A stretch of DNA of 28,697 nt from a virus. Its lineage: Duplodnaviria; Heunggongvirae; Uroviricota; Caudoviricetes. Location: IMG/VR virus record IMGVR_UViG_3300014204_000143. One strand, given 5' to 3'. Made by a program: the position numbers and the translations under genes. Shown piece by piece: positions 7,510 through 17,577 of the stretch (position 1 is the stretch's first letter; every line of letters begins with the position of its first letter). The notes under the pieces are model-generated. The model was given only the letters and a program-made list of their open reading frames with translations. It did not search any database and was not told the origin of the DNA.

Positions 7510-7533
7510 ATACAATAAACCAAATAAATAACT

Positions 7534-8271
7534 ATGAAAAATTACCCAAGAGAATATGAAAGAGTCTTTACTGGCCGTGAACTTTTAAAACGTAAATGTG
7601 ATTTAGACCTAGTAACTATTGATGGAAATTATATCAAGAGTGCTAGTGAATACGCAAATTTGTTTAGTGGAGTTTTTGTAGAAATTAGAAAACATCTTTT
7701 TAATTTTTTAGTTAAGTATGTTTGGTTATCTAGGAGGTTTTGTTATGGAGGCGTAAGAAGAACCAGAAATAATAGTAATGGTTATCGAGCAGATATATCG
7801 TTTGCAACCTTTCTTAGAAACTACGCTAACCTAGATACTAGACTTTTCTTTGGAACGGTTACTAATCGATGTCTTTCAAAAGTAATTTCTTATATGGATG
7901 ATTTTTTTCCAGACTTTGATGTGAGTAATCCCTTTGTAGACAGTTATGAATTTCCTTATAAAAACTTAACGTTAGAACATTTAGTGATTGTGGCTGAAAT
8001 GGATGAAAGGTTGGAACTATTAGATTACGCAGAAAAGAATGATATTAAGTATACAGAGTTCTGTGATTATATCCTTAACTACATAAACTGTTATAACAAC
8101 GAACACGGAAGAACTTACGAATGGGTTTTTTCGGCGTATGTTGGCGTAACGAAAACAAAAAAATTTGAGAAGTATTCAAAATTAATTAAATATGCAAAAC
8201 AAAGAGAATCAAGAAGATATTACAAAACATCAAGAGACATTAAGCGAATTAGCACAAAAGAGAACGGATAA
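7534..8271 (+). CDS. Hypothetical protein
   Basis: 245-aa ORF; no motif recognised. Confidence 0.75.
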   Translation: MKNYPREYERVFTGRELLKRKCDLDLVTIDGNYIKSASEYANLFSGVFVEIRKHLFNFLVKYVWLSRRFCYGGVRRTRNNSNGYRADISFATFLRNYANLDTRLFFGTVTNRCLSKVISYMDDFFPDFDVSNPFVDSYEFPYKNLTLEHLVIVAEMDERLELLDYAEKNDIKYTEFCDYILNYINCYNNEHGRTYEWVFSAYVGVTKTKKFEKYSKLIKYAKQRESRRYYKTSRDIKRISTKENG

Positions 8272-8785
8272 ACCAATTAGTTTTATTCAGGGAACACAGG
8301 AACACTATCGAGAGAATGACTATGCCGCTCGGATAATCCTTAAAGCACTTTCAGAAGGAATTACAGACATAAATGAGTTAAAAAAGTTAGCTGGTTTAAG
8401 CAAGGCGGCCGAAGTTCATCGCACCCTAGACAAAATGGGAATCAGAAAAGATTACCACGAAGCTTTAGTGTTAGCTGGAATCGATATGCCATTCTTAGCT
8501 AGTAAATTAAAACAACTAATTACTGATTCTAAATCTGAAAAAATACAATTAGAAAGTATTAATACTGTTATGAAATCTGTCGGGTTAGATAAGTATGAAG
8601 CAGTTGATGACTCTGGAAAGGGTTGGGAAGAACTTATTAAGAATGCTAGTGGTAATGTTTTAGAAATAGAAGCCGAAGCAATAGAAACAGCTGACTATGA
8701 GATTAATGAGCCAGAGATGCCAGAAGAAGAAATGGTAAGAAATGATGCTGAAAAGAAATTAAGTCAAGACCTGTATGGAAAATAA
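8192..8785 (+). CDS. terS: Putative terminase small subunit
   Basis: Immediately upstream of and overlapping terL, helical, with an acidic C-terminus. Assigned mainly from position; start uncertain. Confidence 0.55.
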   Translation: MQNKENQEDITKHQETLSELAQKRTDKPISFIQGTQEHYRENDYAARIILKALSEGITDINELKKLAGLSKAAEVHRTLDKMGIRKDYHEALVLAGIDMPFLASKLKQLITDSKSEKIQLESINTVMKSVGLDKYEAVDDSGKGWEELIKNASGNVLEIEAEAIETADYEINEPEMPEEEMVRNDAEKKLSQDLYGK

Positions 8786-10229
8786 TGAAGAGTATTTAAA
8801 AAGAATAAAAGACCCAAAGTTTTATTTGGAGAATTTTACAAAGATAAAAGCTAGAGATGGGTTAGTTCCTTTTAAATTAAACGAATCACAGAAGGACTTA
8901 TTTAATATTTTAAAAAAAGAGAAGCGTGTTTGCATATTGAAATCAAGACAATTAGGGCTGTCGACAGGAGTGATTGGTTATCTATATCATAAAGCAATTA
9001 CAACTCCAGCTATTAATATTGCTATCATCGGTTATAACGCAGACTTAACTCGTGAACTTCTTGACAAGGTTAAAACGTTTTTAAGAACAACACCAGATAA
9101 GTTAAGACCAACAGTTAAGTATGATTCAAAGAGCGAAATGACGTTTCCAGTGATGGATAGCAAGATTATTGTCTTACCTTCAACGGCTAACGTAGGACGT
9201 GGATACTCACTTAACTTTATACTTTGCTCAGAGTTGAGTTTTTGGGATGAAGCCGAAGAAAAAATGGCGACACTAGAGGCTTCTGCTGGTATGGTCAATG
9301 GTCAAATTATTATTGAATCAACTCCATCAAACATCGGTAACAAGTATCACCAGATTTGGTCAGATGATAATAATGGATATTACAAAAGAAAATATGGATG
9401 GTGGTGGGGATATACAAAAGAACAACTCGAGACTATCCGAAAAAGAATAAACGACCCAAAAAGATTTGCTAGAGAATATCTCCTTGAATTTACTTCAACT
9501 GGTCGCCCTGTCTTTGACTTAGACTATGTGACTGCCATGAGAAAAAATATTTTAAGAGTCGGAGATATTAGAACATACGAAGATGGAAAAACATTTACAG
9601 TTTATGAAGACAATGGAGTTCGCATTTATAAAGAACCAGAAGTAGGGAAATCATACATAATAAGTTCAGATGTTTCAGAAGGCGTAGAAGGTGGAGACTA
9701 TAGTGTGATGACAATCTTAGAAAGAAATAGTGGAGAAGAAGTTGTTTTTTATAAGGGACTTCTTCCAGCAGATGTAATGGGTTCTTTAGTTAATAGGTGG
9801 GGAAGAAAATATAATAACGCTTTGGCAATTGTTGAGTGTAATAATCACGGACTGACAACTCTTACATCTTTAATGAATTTACAATACCCATCAATGTATT
9901 TTAGACCAGCTAAATATGATGCTTATGACGGTTCATTTAGTGATAAGTTGGGGTGGAGAACAACAACAACAACTAGACCTATCTTATTAGATGATTTAGG
10001 AAAGTGTTTAAGAGAAGGAAGTATTCTAATTCACAGTAAGGAGACGTTAGATGAAATGACAACCTTTGTTTGGACTGACTCTGGAAAACCAGAACCATCA
10101 TCTAAGTCATATCACGATGATACTATCTTTGCACTAGGAATTGCGATTCAAGCTTTCCCGATGGTATCAAACAAACCTTTAGACCAATTAGATTATAATC
10201 AATATTTACCAAAAAGTTTTAGTTACTAA
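8775..10229 (+). CDS. terL: Terminase large subunit
   Basis: Adenine-binding/Q motif FKLNESQ, Walker A ILKSRQLGLST, Walker B FILCSELSFW, coupling motif IIESTP, nuclease acidic motifs SSDVSEGVEGGDYS and HDDTIFA. Confidence 0.93.
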   Translation: MENNEEYLKRIKDPKFYLENFTKIKARDGLVPFKLNESQKDLFNILKKEKRVCILKSRQLGLSTGVIGYLYHKAITTPAINIAIIGYNADLTRELLDKVKTFLRTTPDKLRPTVKYDSKSEMTFPVMDSKIIVLPSTANVGRGYSLNFILCSELSFWDEAEEKMATLEASAGMVNGQIIIESTPSNIGNKYHQIWSDDNNGYYKRKYGWWWGYTKEQLETIRKRINDPKRFAREYLLEFTSTGRPVFDLDYVTAMRKNILRVGDIRTYEDGKTFTVYEDNGVRIYKEPEVGKSYIISSDVSEGVEGGDYSVMTILERNSGEEVVFYKGLLPADVMGSLVNRWGRKYNNALAIVECNNHGLTTLTSLMNLQYPSMYFRPAKYDAYDGSFSDKLGWRTTTTTRPILLDDLGKCLREGSILIHSKETLDEMTTFVWTDSGKPEPSSKSYHDDTIFALGIAIQAFPMVSNKPLDQLDYNQYLPKSFSY

Positions 10230-10240
10230 TAAATAATAAA

Positions 10241-13200
10241 ATGTTTAATGAAACATATTCGGCATCAAGATTTGGAGAGCAAGAACTTGTAAGCAAGTTT
10301 ATTCTTCAGAGAGATGATTCCAAAGACTATTTCACAGGATATATAAAACCTATGCTAGATAGGTCTTATAAACTGTATATAGCTTATAACGGAGATAGAG
10401 AAAAAGAAATTCAATCATGGCAATGTATCAGTGAAGATACTGAAATTTTAACATTGTCAGGATGGAAAAATTGTAGCGAAATAAAACAAGGCGAGGTTGT
10501 TTTAAGTTACGAAAAAGAAACTGGAAAAATATTAAAAGACAAAGTAAAAAAAATATTTTCTTATGATATTGACGATGAAATGGTTTCTATTAAGTGCGAT
10601 AAAACAGACCAACTTGTGACTACAAATCATAGAGTCTTATTAAAAAAATGTAGAAAAAAAACAACTGAAAATTTATCATCAAACACTAAAGTTAGACAGA
10701 GAATGTGGAATGAAAAATTTGATTATTGTTTAGCAGATACCTTGGTTGGAAATGGAACTGATTATCGTCTTCCAGTAAGTGGTTTTTTTGATGGTAATTT
10801 ATCAATTGGAGGAGACTGGGCTGAATTAATTGGTTGGTTTTTAACTGACGGGTCTTTTACAAAAGGAATAAAAGCTGGAGGATATATAACACAATCTAAA
10901 CCAGAAGGATTGGTTAAATTGCGTTCGTTACTATTTAGTCTTGGTGTTCCTTTTAGAGAATGGTCAAGAAAGAAAGAAAAAGAACATTACTTTGACGAAC
11001 ATAGATTTTATTTTGGAGGAGATAGTGAAGTAATGGATAAAATGAGAATATGGATACCTAATCGTAAACCCACTAATTTATTGTGGAATTTAAAATTAAG
11101 TGAAAAAAGAAGACTAATAGACGGTATTTTTTATGGAGACGGTTCCAAAAGACCAGATGGTAAATACCACATGGTTTGTAAGCCGTATAAAGATTTTAAG
11201 GAATGGTTTCAAACTCTTCTGCATTTAACTGGTCTAAGAGGAAATATTTCTGAAAAATATATTAATATAGGATATAAAGATACGGTTGATGTTATTGGTA
11301 AGAAACATATAAAAACAATAAAATATAAAGGAAACGTTTGGAGTATTTCTACAGAAAGAACAAACTATATAGCTAAGAGAAATGGACATATTTTTATTAC
11401 TGGAAACTCTAACGTGTTTGTACCGTACGTTCAGTCGGTGGTAGAAACGTTAATGCCAAGAATATTAGATGCTCGTCCAGACTTTACAGTTAAGGGACGA
11501 AACGTCGATGACCAATTAAAGCAAGAAAAAGTTCAAAACCTACAAGACTATACGTGGGAGATTTCTGGTATGGATAAAACATCAGAAGACTTAGTCCGTT
11601 CAAGTCTTGTTTATGGAACTGGATTCTTACAGGCAAGTTGGAAATTAGATAAAAGAAAATTAAGTTTTCTAACTTCAGCAGTTGGAGACAAAAAATACAA
11701 GTGGAAAAAAGAAGAAAAAGTTTATTATGACGCTCCTTATGCTGAGTGGGTAGATAACTATGACCTCTGGTATGACTGGCATAATATCGAAAGAAAAAAT
11801 AAACAGTTTTGGTTTAAGAGAAAAGTCTTACCAGAGTCTGTTATCCGAAGAAGTTATCCTTATGCTGACCCAACAAAACTTGCAATGGCATTTAAAAATG
11901 GTGGTGCTGATGTAACCGACTATGCTTCGATAAGACGACAAGTAAAAAAAATACACGATGGAATAAGTAGGGGAGATGACAGAGGAACATCTGGTGGTGG
12001 TGGTTATGACAGTATCTCACAAAATTATACCGACCAGTCACTAAAACTTCACGAAGTATTTGAGTGGTGGAGACCATTTGAGGATAAGTTTGCGGTTATG
12101 GTTAACAACGTTCCAATTTTTCCTAAAGGAGAAATTCCTAATCCTTATGATTTTAAAGAATCTCCATTTATTGATTTCTCATATTTAAAACTTCCGAATG
12201 AATTTGAAGGAAAAGGGTTACCGTTGATTTTAGAGAACCCTCAAATAATGTTGAATACAATTAAGAATCAACGTTTAGACTCAGCAACGATGAGTATCCA
12301 TAAAATGTGGGTGGTTAATCCATTAGCAAATATTGATAAGAAGGAATTAGTTACTAGACCATTCGGGATTATTTATACTCCAGACGTTCAAGGCGTTAGA
12401 GAAATTCAATTCTCAGATATTAAAGCAAGTGCATATAAAGAAGAAGATTCATTAAAGAGTGATATGAGATACGCTTCGGGTGTTGATGACTTCTCTATGG
12501 GTGCAGGTGGTGGTGCTAGTAGTGCGACCGAGGTAAGACATTTGAGAGAATCAACATTAGAGAGAGTTCGTTTGTTTGTGAATCATCTTGGATATGGATA
12601 CACAGACTTAATGCGATATTGGATTTCTTTATGGAGACAGTTTATGACAGAAGAAATGGGAATAAGAATCCTTGGTGAAGATGGAAACTTTATTTTTCCT
12701 ATTATTGAAAAGGATGATTTAAATGGTGAATTTGATTTCGTAGCTACTGTTAATCCTTCTTTTGCTGGTAAAAATGATTTGGATAAGAAACAAGGAATGG
12801 ACTTATTCCAATTATTATCTCCAATGGAATTTGTTGACCAGAAGAAATTGACTCAAAAAGTTCTTCATAGTTGGAATTGGGCATTAGATTCAATTCTTAA
12901 AACTGAAGAACCAGTTCAACCAGAACAAATGGAGGGAATGCCAGGACAAGATGGCATACAACCAGGACAGGAAGGACTGCAAGGATTCCAAGGAAAGATA
13001 CCAGGAGCTAAGGGTGCCATTCCAGACGATGTTTTGCAACAGGCGTTGGGAATGTTGGGTGGAGAAGCACCAGCATCACAACCATCTCCTTTTGCTGAAG
13101 CAGGACAACCAATAAATGTTTTAAATACTCAAGGTCAAGTTCCGCCAACTGCAAAAGATATTAGCGGAAAGACATCAAATTTAAGAGGATTAAATAGGGG

Positions 13201-13294
13201 TGGAAAAGTAAATACAAACACTGGTAGTAATACCAATGGCGATGAGATGTCTAGACTCTTGGGTTCAGCACAAAATTTACAAGTTAAAAAATAA
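10241..13294 (+). CDS. Portal protein (P22/podovirus-like) precursor with intein; 689 aa after splicing
   Basis: Follows terL. The rejoined extein reads QSWQ|SNVFVPYVQSVVETLMPRI; portal-like segments LVYGTGF and ATEVR. Low-complexity G/Q/P C-terminal tail. Confidence 0.88.
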   Translation: MFNETYSASRFGEQELVSKFILQRDDSKDYFTGYIKPMLDRSYKLYIAYNGDREKEIQSWQCISEDTEILTLSGWKNCSEIKQGEVVLSYEKETGKILKDKVKKIFSYDIDDEMVSIKCDKTDQLVTTNHRVLLKKCRKKTTENLSSNTKVRQRMWNEKFDYCLADTLVGNGTDYRLPVSGFFDGNLSIGGDWAELIGWFLTDGSFTKGIKAGGYITQSKPEGLVKLRSLLFSLGVPFREWSRKKEKEHYFDEHRFYFGGDSEVMDKMRIWIPNRKPTNLLWNLKLSEKRRLIDGIFYGDGSKRPDGKYHMVCKPYKDFKEWFQTLLHLTGLRGNISEKYINIGYKDTVDVIGKKHIKTIKYKGNVWSISTERTNYIAKRNGHIFITGNSNVFVPYVQSVVETLMPRILDARPDFTVKGRNVDDQLKQEKVQNLQDYTWEISGMDKTSEDLVRSSLVYGTGFLQASWKLDKRKLSFLTSAVGDKKYKWKKEEKVYYDAPYAEWVDNYDLWYDWHNIERKNKQFWFKRKVLPESVIRRSYPYADPTKLAMAFKNGGADVTDYASIRRQVKKIHDGISRGDDRGTSGGGGYDSISQNYTDQSLKLHEVFEWWRPFEDKFAVMVNNVPIFPKGEIPNPYDFKESPFIDFSYLKLPNEFEGKGLPLILENPQIMLNTIKNQRLDSATMSIHKMWVVNPLANIDKKELVTRPFGIIYTPDVQGVREIQFSDIKASAYKEEDSLKSDMRYASGVDDFSMGAGGGASSATEVRHLRESTLERVRLFVNHLGYGYTDLMRYWISLWRQFMTEEMGIRILGEDGNFIFPIIEKDDLNGEFDFVATVNPSFAGKNDLDKKQGMDLFQLLSPMEFVDQKKLTQKVLHSWNWALDSILKTEEPVQPEQMEGMPGQDGIQPGQEGLQGFQGKIPGAKGAIPDDVLQQALGMLGGEAPASQPSPFAEAGQPINVLNTQGQVPPTAKDISGKTSNLRGLNRGGKVNTNTGSNTNGDEMSRLLGSAQNLQVKK
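10424..11407 (+). mobile_element. Intein (328 aa) with LAGLIDADG homing endonuclease
   Basis: Block A CISEDTEILT, block B LVTTNHRVL, endonuclease motifs LIGWFLTDGS and LIDGIFYGDGS, blocks F/G VWSISTERTNYIAKRNGHIFITGN, +1 Ser. Confidence 0.93.
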
Positions 13295-13303
13295 TTTAAT
13301 AAT

Positions 13304-13609
13304 ATGAAAATTGAAAATGAATATGTAGTAGATGGTGTCAATTCTACAAATGACTTATTAGCAGAACTTGGTAATAGTAAGTATTACAAAGCACTTTTGG
13401 TATATATGGAATACGTTCAGGCTCAGAACTTATATAAGTTATCTTATCTTGACCCCATTAAGGAACAAACAAAACTTGCTTCAACTCAAGGAGAGATAAG
13501 AGCGTTTGAAATGTTAAGTGCTAAGGTGGCAACTGAAGTTAAAAAATACGAAGACATAAAAAACGGGACAGAACCAGAAGAACCTAAAATTGCGTCTTAC
13601 AGAATGTAA
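13304..13609 (+). CDS. Small head-region hypothetical protein
   Basis: 101-aa ORF directly after the portal. Confidence 0.7.
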   Translation: MKIENEYVVDGVNSTNDLLAELGNSKYYKALLVYMEYVQAQNLYKLSYLDPIKEQTKLASTQGEIRAFEMLSAKVATEVKKYEDIKNGTEPEEPKIASYRM

Positions 13610-13618
13610 AGTTTGTTA

Positions 13619-13679
13619 ATCAACGAATGTTATCTCATAGAGGTAGCAGAAGTTGTTAATCAACGAATGTTATAATTAA
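13619..13679 (+). promoter_or_regulatory. Tandem putative late promoter (partial copy plus exact copy 3)
   Basis: ATCAACGAATGTTAT at 13619-13633 (the -10 is broken) and the full 21-mer at 13659-13679, 40 bp apart. Confidence 0.8.
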
Positions 13680-13703
13680 CGTATAAAGTAATTAATAATT
13701 AAT

Positions 13704-13868
13704 ATGAAAATCGATACAAGTATATTAGATAAAATGTCTAATAGCAAAAAACAACAAATGGATTTCGTTAAAAAGCAATTTGAAAAACCGAAAGAAGTAG
13801 ATTTAACAAGTCTAGCTATAAAATTTGCGAAGCGGAAAGCTTCGTTGAATGATAATGAAAATGAATAA
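13704..13868 (+). CDS. 54-aa hypothetical protein (not in the ORF track)
   Basis: MKIDTSILDKMSNSKKQQMDFVKKQFEKPKEVDLTSLAIKFAKRKASLNDNENE*, starting right after the promoter motif. Confidence 0.55.
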   Translation: MKIDTSILDKMSNSKKQQMDFVKKQFEKPKEVDLTSLAIKFAKRKASLNDNENE

Positions 13869-13887
13869 TAATTAACTATGAAACACT

Positions 13888-14703
13888 ATGTCTAATGAAG
13901 GACTAGATACATTCGATGACGGTAACGACATCAATGTTGACGATTTATTCGGCGAACCATCAACAGGTGGCACTCCAAAGAATGAATCAAAAAAAGAGAA
14001 AGCAGAAGAAACTGTTCCTTTAGCTCGTTACAAAGATGCTGAAAAGAAAATTTCAGAAATGGGAGAATCAATAGCAGAAAACACCAAATGGTTTAGTCAA
14101 GCTAAGCCGTGGTTGGACAAACTAGTTGAGTCTCCAGAAATAGTAGATGCTATTTTAAGTGGAAAATTGGATAGTAACTTATCCAAGGCAATTGTTGAAG
14201 GTAAAATTTCAACGGAAACTGCCAAAGAAGTTACACAAGCAAAAGAAGAAGTTAAAGAGGAATTAGGTAAAGACTTTATTAAGTTAACTCCTCAACAGTT
14301 GGAAAAACTTGTTGACGAAAAACTTAATGAAAGACTAGACACATTCAAAGAAAAAATTGACACAGAATTTAGTAAACACAAGGTTAGTGACGAAGCCGAA
14401 AAAGAAAATAGTGCTTTCGTTAGTAGAACCCCAGATATTGCTGAATATGCCGATGAAATTAATGAATGGTTGTCAGAACCAAGTCACCAAAACATTTGGA
14501 GGCTTGAAGATGCTTATTATGCAATCAAGGGTCGTAGATTTATGACTCGTGCTGCAGAAAAAAAAGCTAAAGAAGAAACTGAAGCTAAAAAACAAATTGC
14601 ATTAAATGCTAATGGTGCTTCATCTCAAGCAGGGACTCTTGAAAAAGATAACCTAGTTGATTCTATATTTAGTGGTCACGTCAATGCCAACAAACCTCGT
14701 TAG
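13888..14703 (+). CDS. Putative capsid scaffolding protein
   Basis: Acidic N-terminus, charged helical body, located between portal and capsid. Confidence 0.7.
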   Translation: MSNEGLDTFDDGNDINVDDLFGEPSTGGTPKNESKKEKAEETVPLARYKDAEKKISEMGESIAENTKWFSQAKPWLDKLVESPEIVDAILSGKLDSNLSKAIVEGKISTETAKEVTQAKEEVKEELGKDFIKLTPQQLEKLVDEKLNERLDTFKEKIDTEFSKHKVSDEAEKENSAFVSRTPDIAEYADEINEWLSEPSHQNIWRLEDAYYAIKGRRFMTRAAEKKAKEETEAKKQIALNANGASSQAGTLEKDNLVDSIFSGHVNANKPR

Positions 14704-14741
14704 TCTTCTGTTGTAATTAATTAATTTTATAAAAAAAGAAA

Positions 14742-16001
14742 ATGTCAACAGAATTTCCTTACCGAGCAGAACCTTCCCACAAAGTTGGGACTTCTACTAC
14801 TGGTACTCGCACAACCTCCACGCTTGATACAGCTGGTCAGTTGAAATTGGATGTCGCAGATAAAATTTACCTCTTAGAGGTCAATGCTCATCCTTTCGTA
14901 TCATACCTTACCAACGTTGGTAAGACTGTTAACGGACAAGCCGTTACAGGCAGTTCACTTTCAAAAGCTGTGACTGGTAATCCTAAATTTGAATGTATTG
15001 AAGATTCACATGGTGGCGTGTGGGCAAAAGTAAGTGGTACTTATGCTGCTTCAGGTGCCTTAACTATTACCGTAACTGGTGCTGGTTCAGAACCTGCTTA
15101 TATCTTTACCGTTGGTGACCTTTTCAAAAATGTCAGAACTGGTGAAGTTCAAAAAGTTGCTACAGTTGCTACTGCTACAACTATTACAACTGCTTCGACT
15201 GGTCGTGCTTATGGTACTACTGCCGCTGCTGCTGGTGCTGATGGTGATGACTTGCTTATCATTGGTAATGTTAATGAACAGGGTGCAACAGTTCGTAATG
15301 TCAATACTACAATTGCTAGTAAAACTTACAACTATACCCAAATCTTTAGAAACACTATCTCCGTAACAGGTACAGCCGAAGCCTCAGAAACTTATGGTGA
15401 AAATGATAGAAAGTTCCAACAGCGTAAAACAGCCGTTGAACATGCTAAATCTATCGAAAGACACTTCTTGTTTGGTGAAAGAAAAGCTACAACTGGTTCC
15501 AATGGAAATCCAGAATATGCAACTGGTGGTATTTTAGAACACATTGTTACTTCAGATGCTTATGTACAAGACCAAGACGGTCCATTAACAGCTCCTGATT
15601 TCAACTTGTTCCTAGAAAAAGGTTTCACTTATGGTAGTACAACCGATAAATTCTTGATGTGTGGTGGTACTGTTTTGAGTGCTATTAATGAATTCTCACG
15701 TGGTTCATTACAGACATCTATCGGAGACGAATATTATGGAATTAAAATCCATAAATATGTCTCAGCATTCGGCGACATCAATATTGTTCGCAATCCAGAA
15801 ATGCAAAAAGAATATGCTGGTTATGCTTTCTTGCTCGATATGAATTCATACAAGTATAGATTCTTGAAGGGTCGTGATACTAAACTCAGCTTGAATGTTC
15901 AAACTCCTGGTACCGATGGTATGGTGGATGAATATATCACAGAGTGCGGTCTTGAAAGAACTCTTGCTTCACAAAATGCTCTCTTGAAGGGTGTTGTCTA
16001 G
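14742..16001 (+). CDS. Major capsid protein (SU10-like/DUF5309-type, HK97 fold)
   Basis: Motifs NYTQIFRNTISVTGTA, EHAKSIERHFLFG and TGGILEHI; follows the scaffold. Contains an Ala/Thr-rich beta-strand insertion. Confidence 0.85.
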   Translation: MSTEFPYRAEPSHKVGTSTTGTRTTSTLDTAGQLKLDVADKIYLLEVNAHPFVSYLTNVGKTVNGQAVTGSSLSKAVTGNPKFECIEDSHGGVWAKVSGTYAASGALTITVTGAGSEPAYIFTVGDLFKNVRTGEVQKVATVATATTITTASTGRAYGTTAAAAGADGDDLLIIGNVNEQGATVRNVNTTIASKTYNYTQIFRNTISVTGTAEASETYGENDRKFQQRKTAVEHAKSIERHFLFGERKATTGSNGNPEYATGGILEHIVTSDAYVQDQDGPLTAPDFNLFLEKGFTYGSTTDKFLMCGGTVLSAINEFSRGSLQTSIGDEYYGIKIHKYVSAFGDINIVRNPEMQKEYAGYAFLLDMNSYKYRFLKGRDTKLSLNVQTPGTDGMVDEYITECGLERTLASQNALLKGVV

Positions 16002-16023
16002 TTAGTAGTCTTCTTATCCTACG

Positions 16024-16050
16024 GGGTGGTGGGATATAAAATCACCACCC
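16024..16050. terminator. Stem-loop after the capsid gene
   Basis: GGGTGGTG...CACCACCC, no U-tract. Confidence 0.45.
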
Positions 16051-16138
16051 TACGTGGACTAGTTCTACGTCCCGACCAGGTTACGGGTAATTAACCAGAT
16101 GCCGTTAATTCGGTGGTTTAATTAATAAATTTTAAAAA

Positions 16139-16870
16139 ATGTCTAGTGTAAATTCAATGGAATTGAAAAAACTAAGTGCAAAAGGAAGCGTCGGTTCTGT
16201 AATCGATGATAAAGCTGTTGCTCTTAGAGTTCGTTATAAGGGAACTGGTACGGTTACCTCTGTAGTTGTTACCGCTGGCACAAGCGTTGTTTTAACTTCA
16301 TCTGATGGTGGGGCAGAAACATTTGCTTTTGCTACTTATACAACCATGGGTACGTTGGCTGATAAAATCAATGCTTCAAGTTATTGGAAGTGTAAACTTC
16401 TTGATTGCTTAAGAACTGATTTAACAAGTTCAAGTGCTATTTTAAATAATGCTGGTGTTACAATTGACAGTCTTGGTAATTATGATTTGTTGCTTGATAC
16501 GTCAGTTTGTCTTGATAGTGCTAGTGCTCACGTTTTCACGTATCGTGTTACGTTTGATAGAAACTTTGATAAATCTGGTATTCAACCACAACACAGAGTT
16601 CGTTTACAAGAAATTTTCTATAATATCGACGTAAGCGGAGCAGCTGCTAATGGTGTTCGTATTTACGAATGGGATGCTTCAAAGAAAACAGAAACTCAAG
16701 TTTATCGAAATACATCAGTTGATGCTACCGATACAACTAAAAACTTTGCTGGTGGTAATGGTACGCTTGATTCAGATTTTGGAAATGATTTGATTGTCAG
16801 AATTGTTGATGCAACCTCAATTACAAATGCTACTGCCAATGTTTTACAAGTCACGTATATTGCTGAGTAG
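16139..16870 (+). CDS. Putative virion structural (decoration/cement-like) protein
   Basis: Beta-rich T/V/A/G composition, directly after the capsid gene. Confidence 0.55.
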   Translation: MSSVNSMELKKLSAKGSVGSVIDDKAVALRVRYKGTGTVTSVVVTAGTSVVLTSSDGGAETFAFATYTTMGTLADKINASSYWKCKLLDCLRTDLTSSSAILNNAGVTIDSLGNYDLLLDTSVCLDSASAHVFTYRVTFDRNFDKSGIQPQHRVRLQEIFYNIDVSGAAANGVRIYEWDASKKTETQVYRNTSVDATDTTKNFAGGNGTLDSDFGNDLIVRIVDATSITNATANVLQVTYIAE

Positions 16871-16883
16871 TTAAAAACACTTA

Positions 16884-16904
16884 AGGGGGCTGACAAAGCC
16901 CCCT
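16884..16904. terminator. GC stem-loop
   Basis: AGGGGGC-TGACAAA-GCCCCCT just after the stop. Confidence 0.5.
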
Positions 16905-16938
16905 AGTGGTTAATATTAATAATGAATAATAAAAAATT

Positions 16939-17508
16939 ATGAAGTATGTAAGTAAACAACGCTCTTTAACCTTAACTCTCCGTAGTGGGATTTCAGCTAA
17001 CAGAGCAACTGGGACAGAACCAGTTCCAGGAATTTATTTTAGATTTGAGGGTGGTAAAGCAGATACAAGAACATTAGAAAATATGCACGTGGATGAAGAG
17101 CAAGCAATTGCAATGATTGAGAAACATCGTGGATATAATGTTGATTTTGTAAGAGCAGATATTGACCCAGAAAATTCAGATTTAAATATAGATGAAATGA
17201 TTTCAACAGGTTCAACTGAGCCTCGCCATAAAATTCAATCCTTTAAAGACGGTGCTTCAAGAATAGAAAACCCAATGCAAAAAAATGTAGTCTTTACAGA
17301 CGAACAAAAAGATGTTGTTAGAGATATGTTAAAAGAAGCATTAGGGACTGTCAATGAAGACAAGGTTAAAAAGATGGCAGAAGAGATGGCCAAAGAAATG
17401 TTACAAGAAATGCTATTAAATCAAAAAGAAGAATTTTTAGGAAAAAATCCTGAAGAGTTAACAATTAATGATAATAAAATGGCTTGCAAAAAAGGTTCAA
17501 AAAAATAA
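16939..17508 (+). CDS. Hypothetical head-region protein
   Basis: 189-aa ORF with a charged helical C-terminus. Confidence 0.65.
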   Translation: MKYVSKQRSLTLTLRSGISANRATGTEPVPGIYFRFEGGKADTRTLENMHVDEEQAIAMIEKHRGYNVDFVRADIDPENSDLNIDEMISTGSTEPRHKIQSFKDGASRIENPMQKNVVFTDEQKDVVRDMLKEALGTVNEDKVKKMAEEMAKEMLQEMLLNQKEEFLGKNPEELTINDNKMACKKGSKK

Positions 17509-17577
17509 AACAAACAAATGGTAATAGGAACTGAGTTTTTTATACTCATCTATGACCACTAACTAACATTAAGACTT

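Noticed and set aside
8192-8271. 80-nt overlap of two genes as a programmed frameshift
   Set aside because: No convincing slippery site with a downstream structure; an uncertain start is the simpler explanation.
9221-9250. TerL Walker B reads SE rather than DE
   Set aside because: The SE..FW variant occurs in other terminases as far as I recall; it is not evidence of inactivation.
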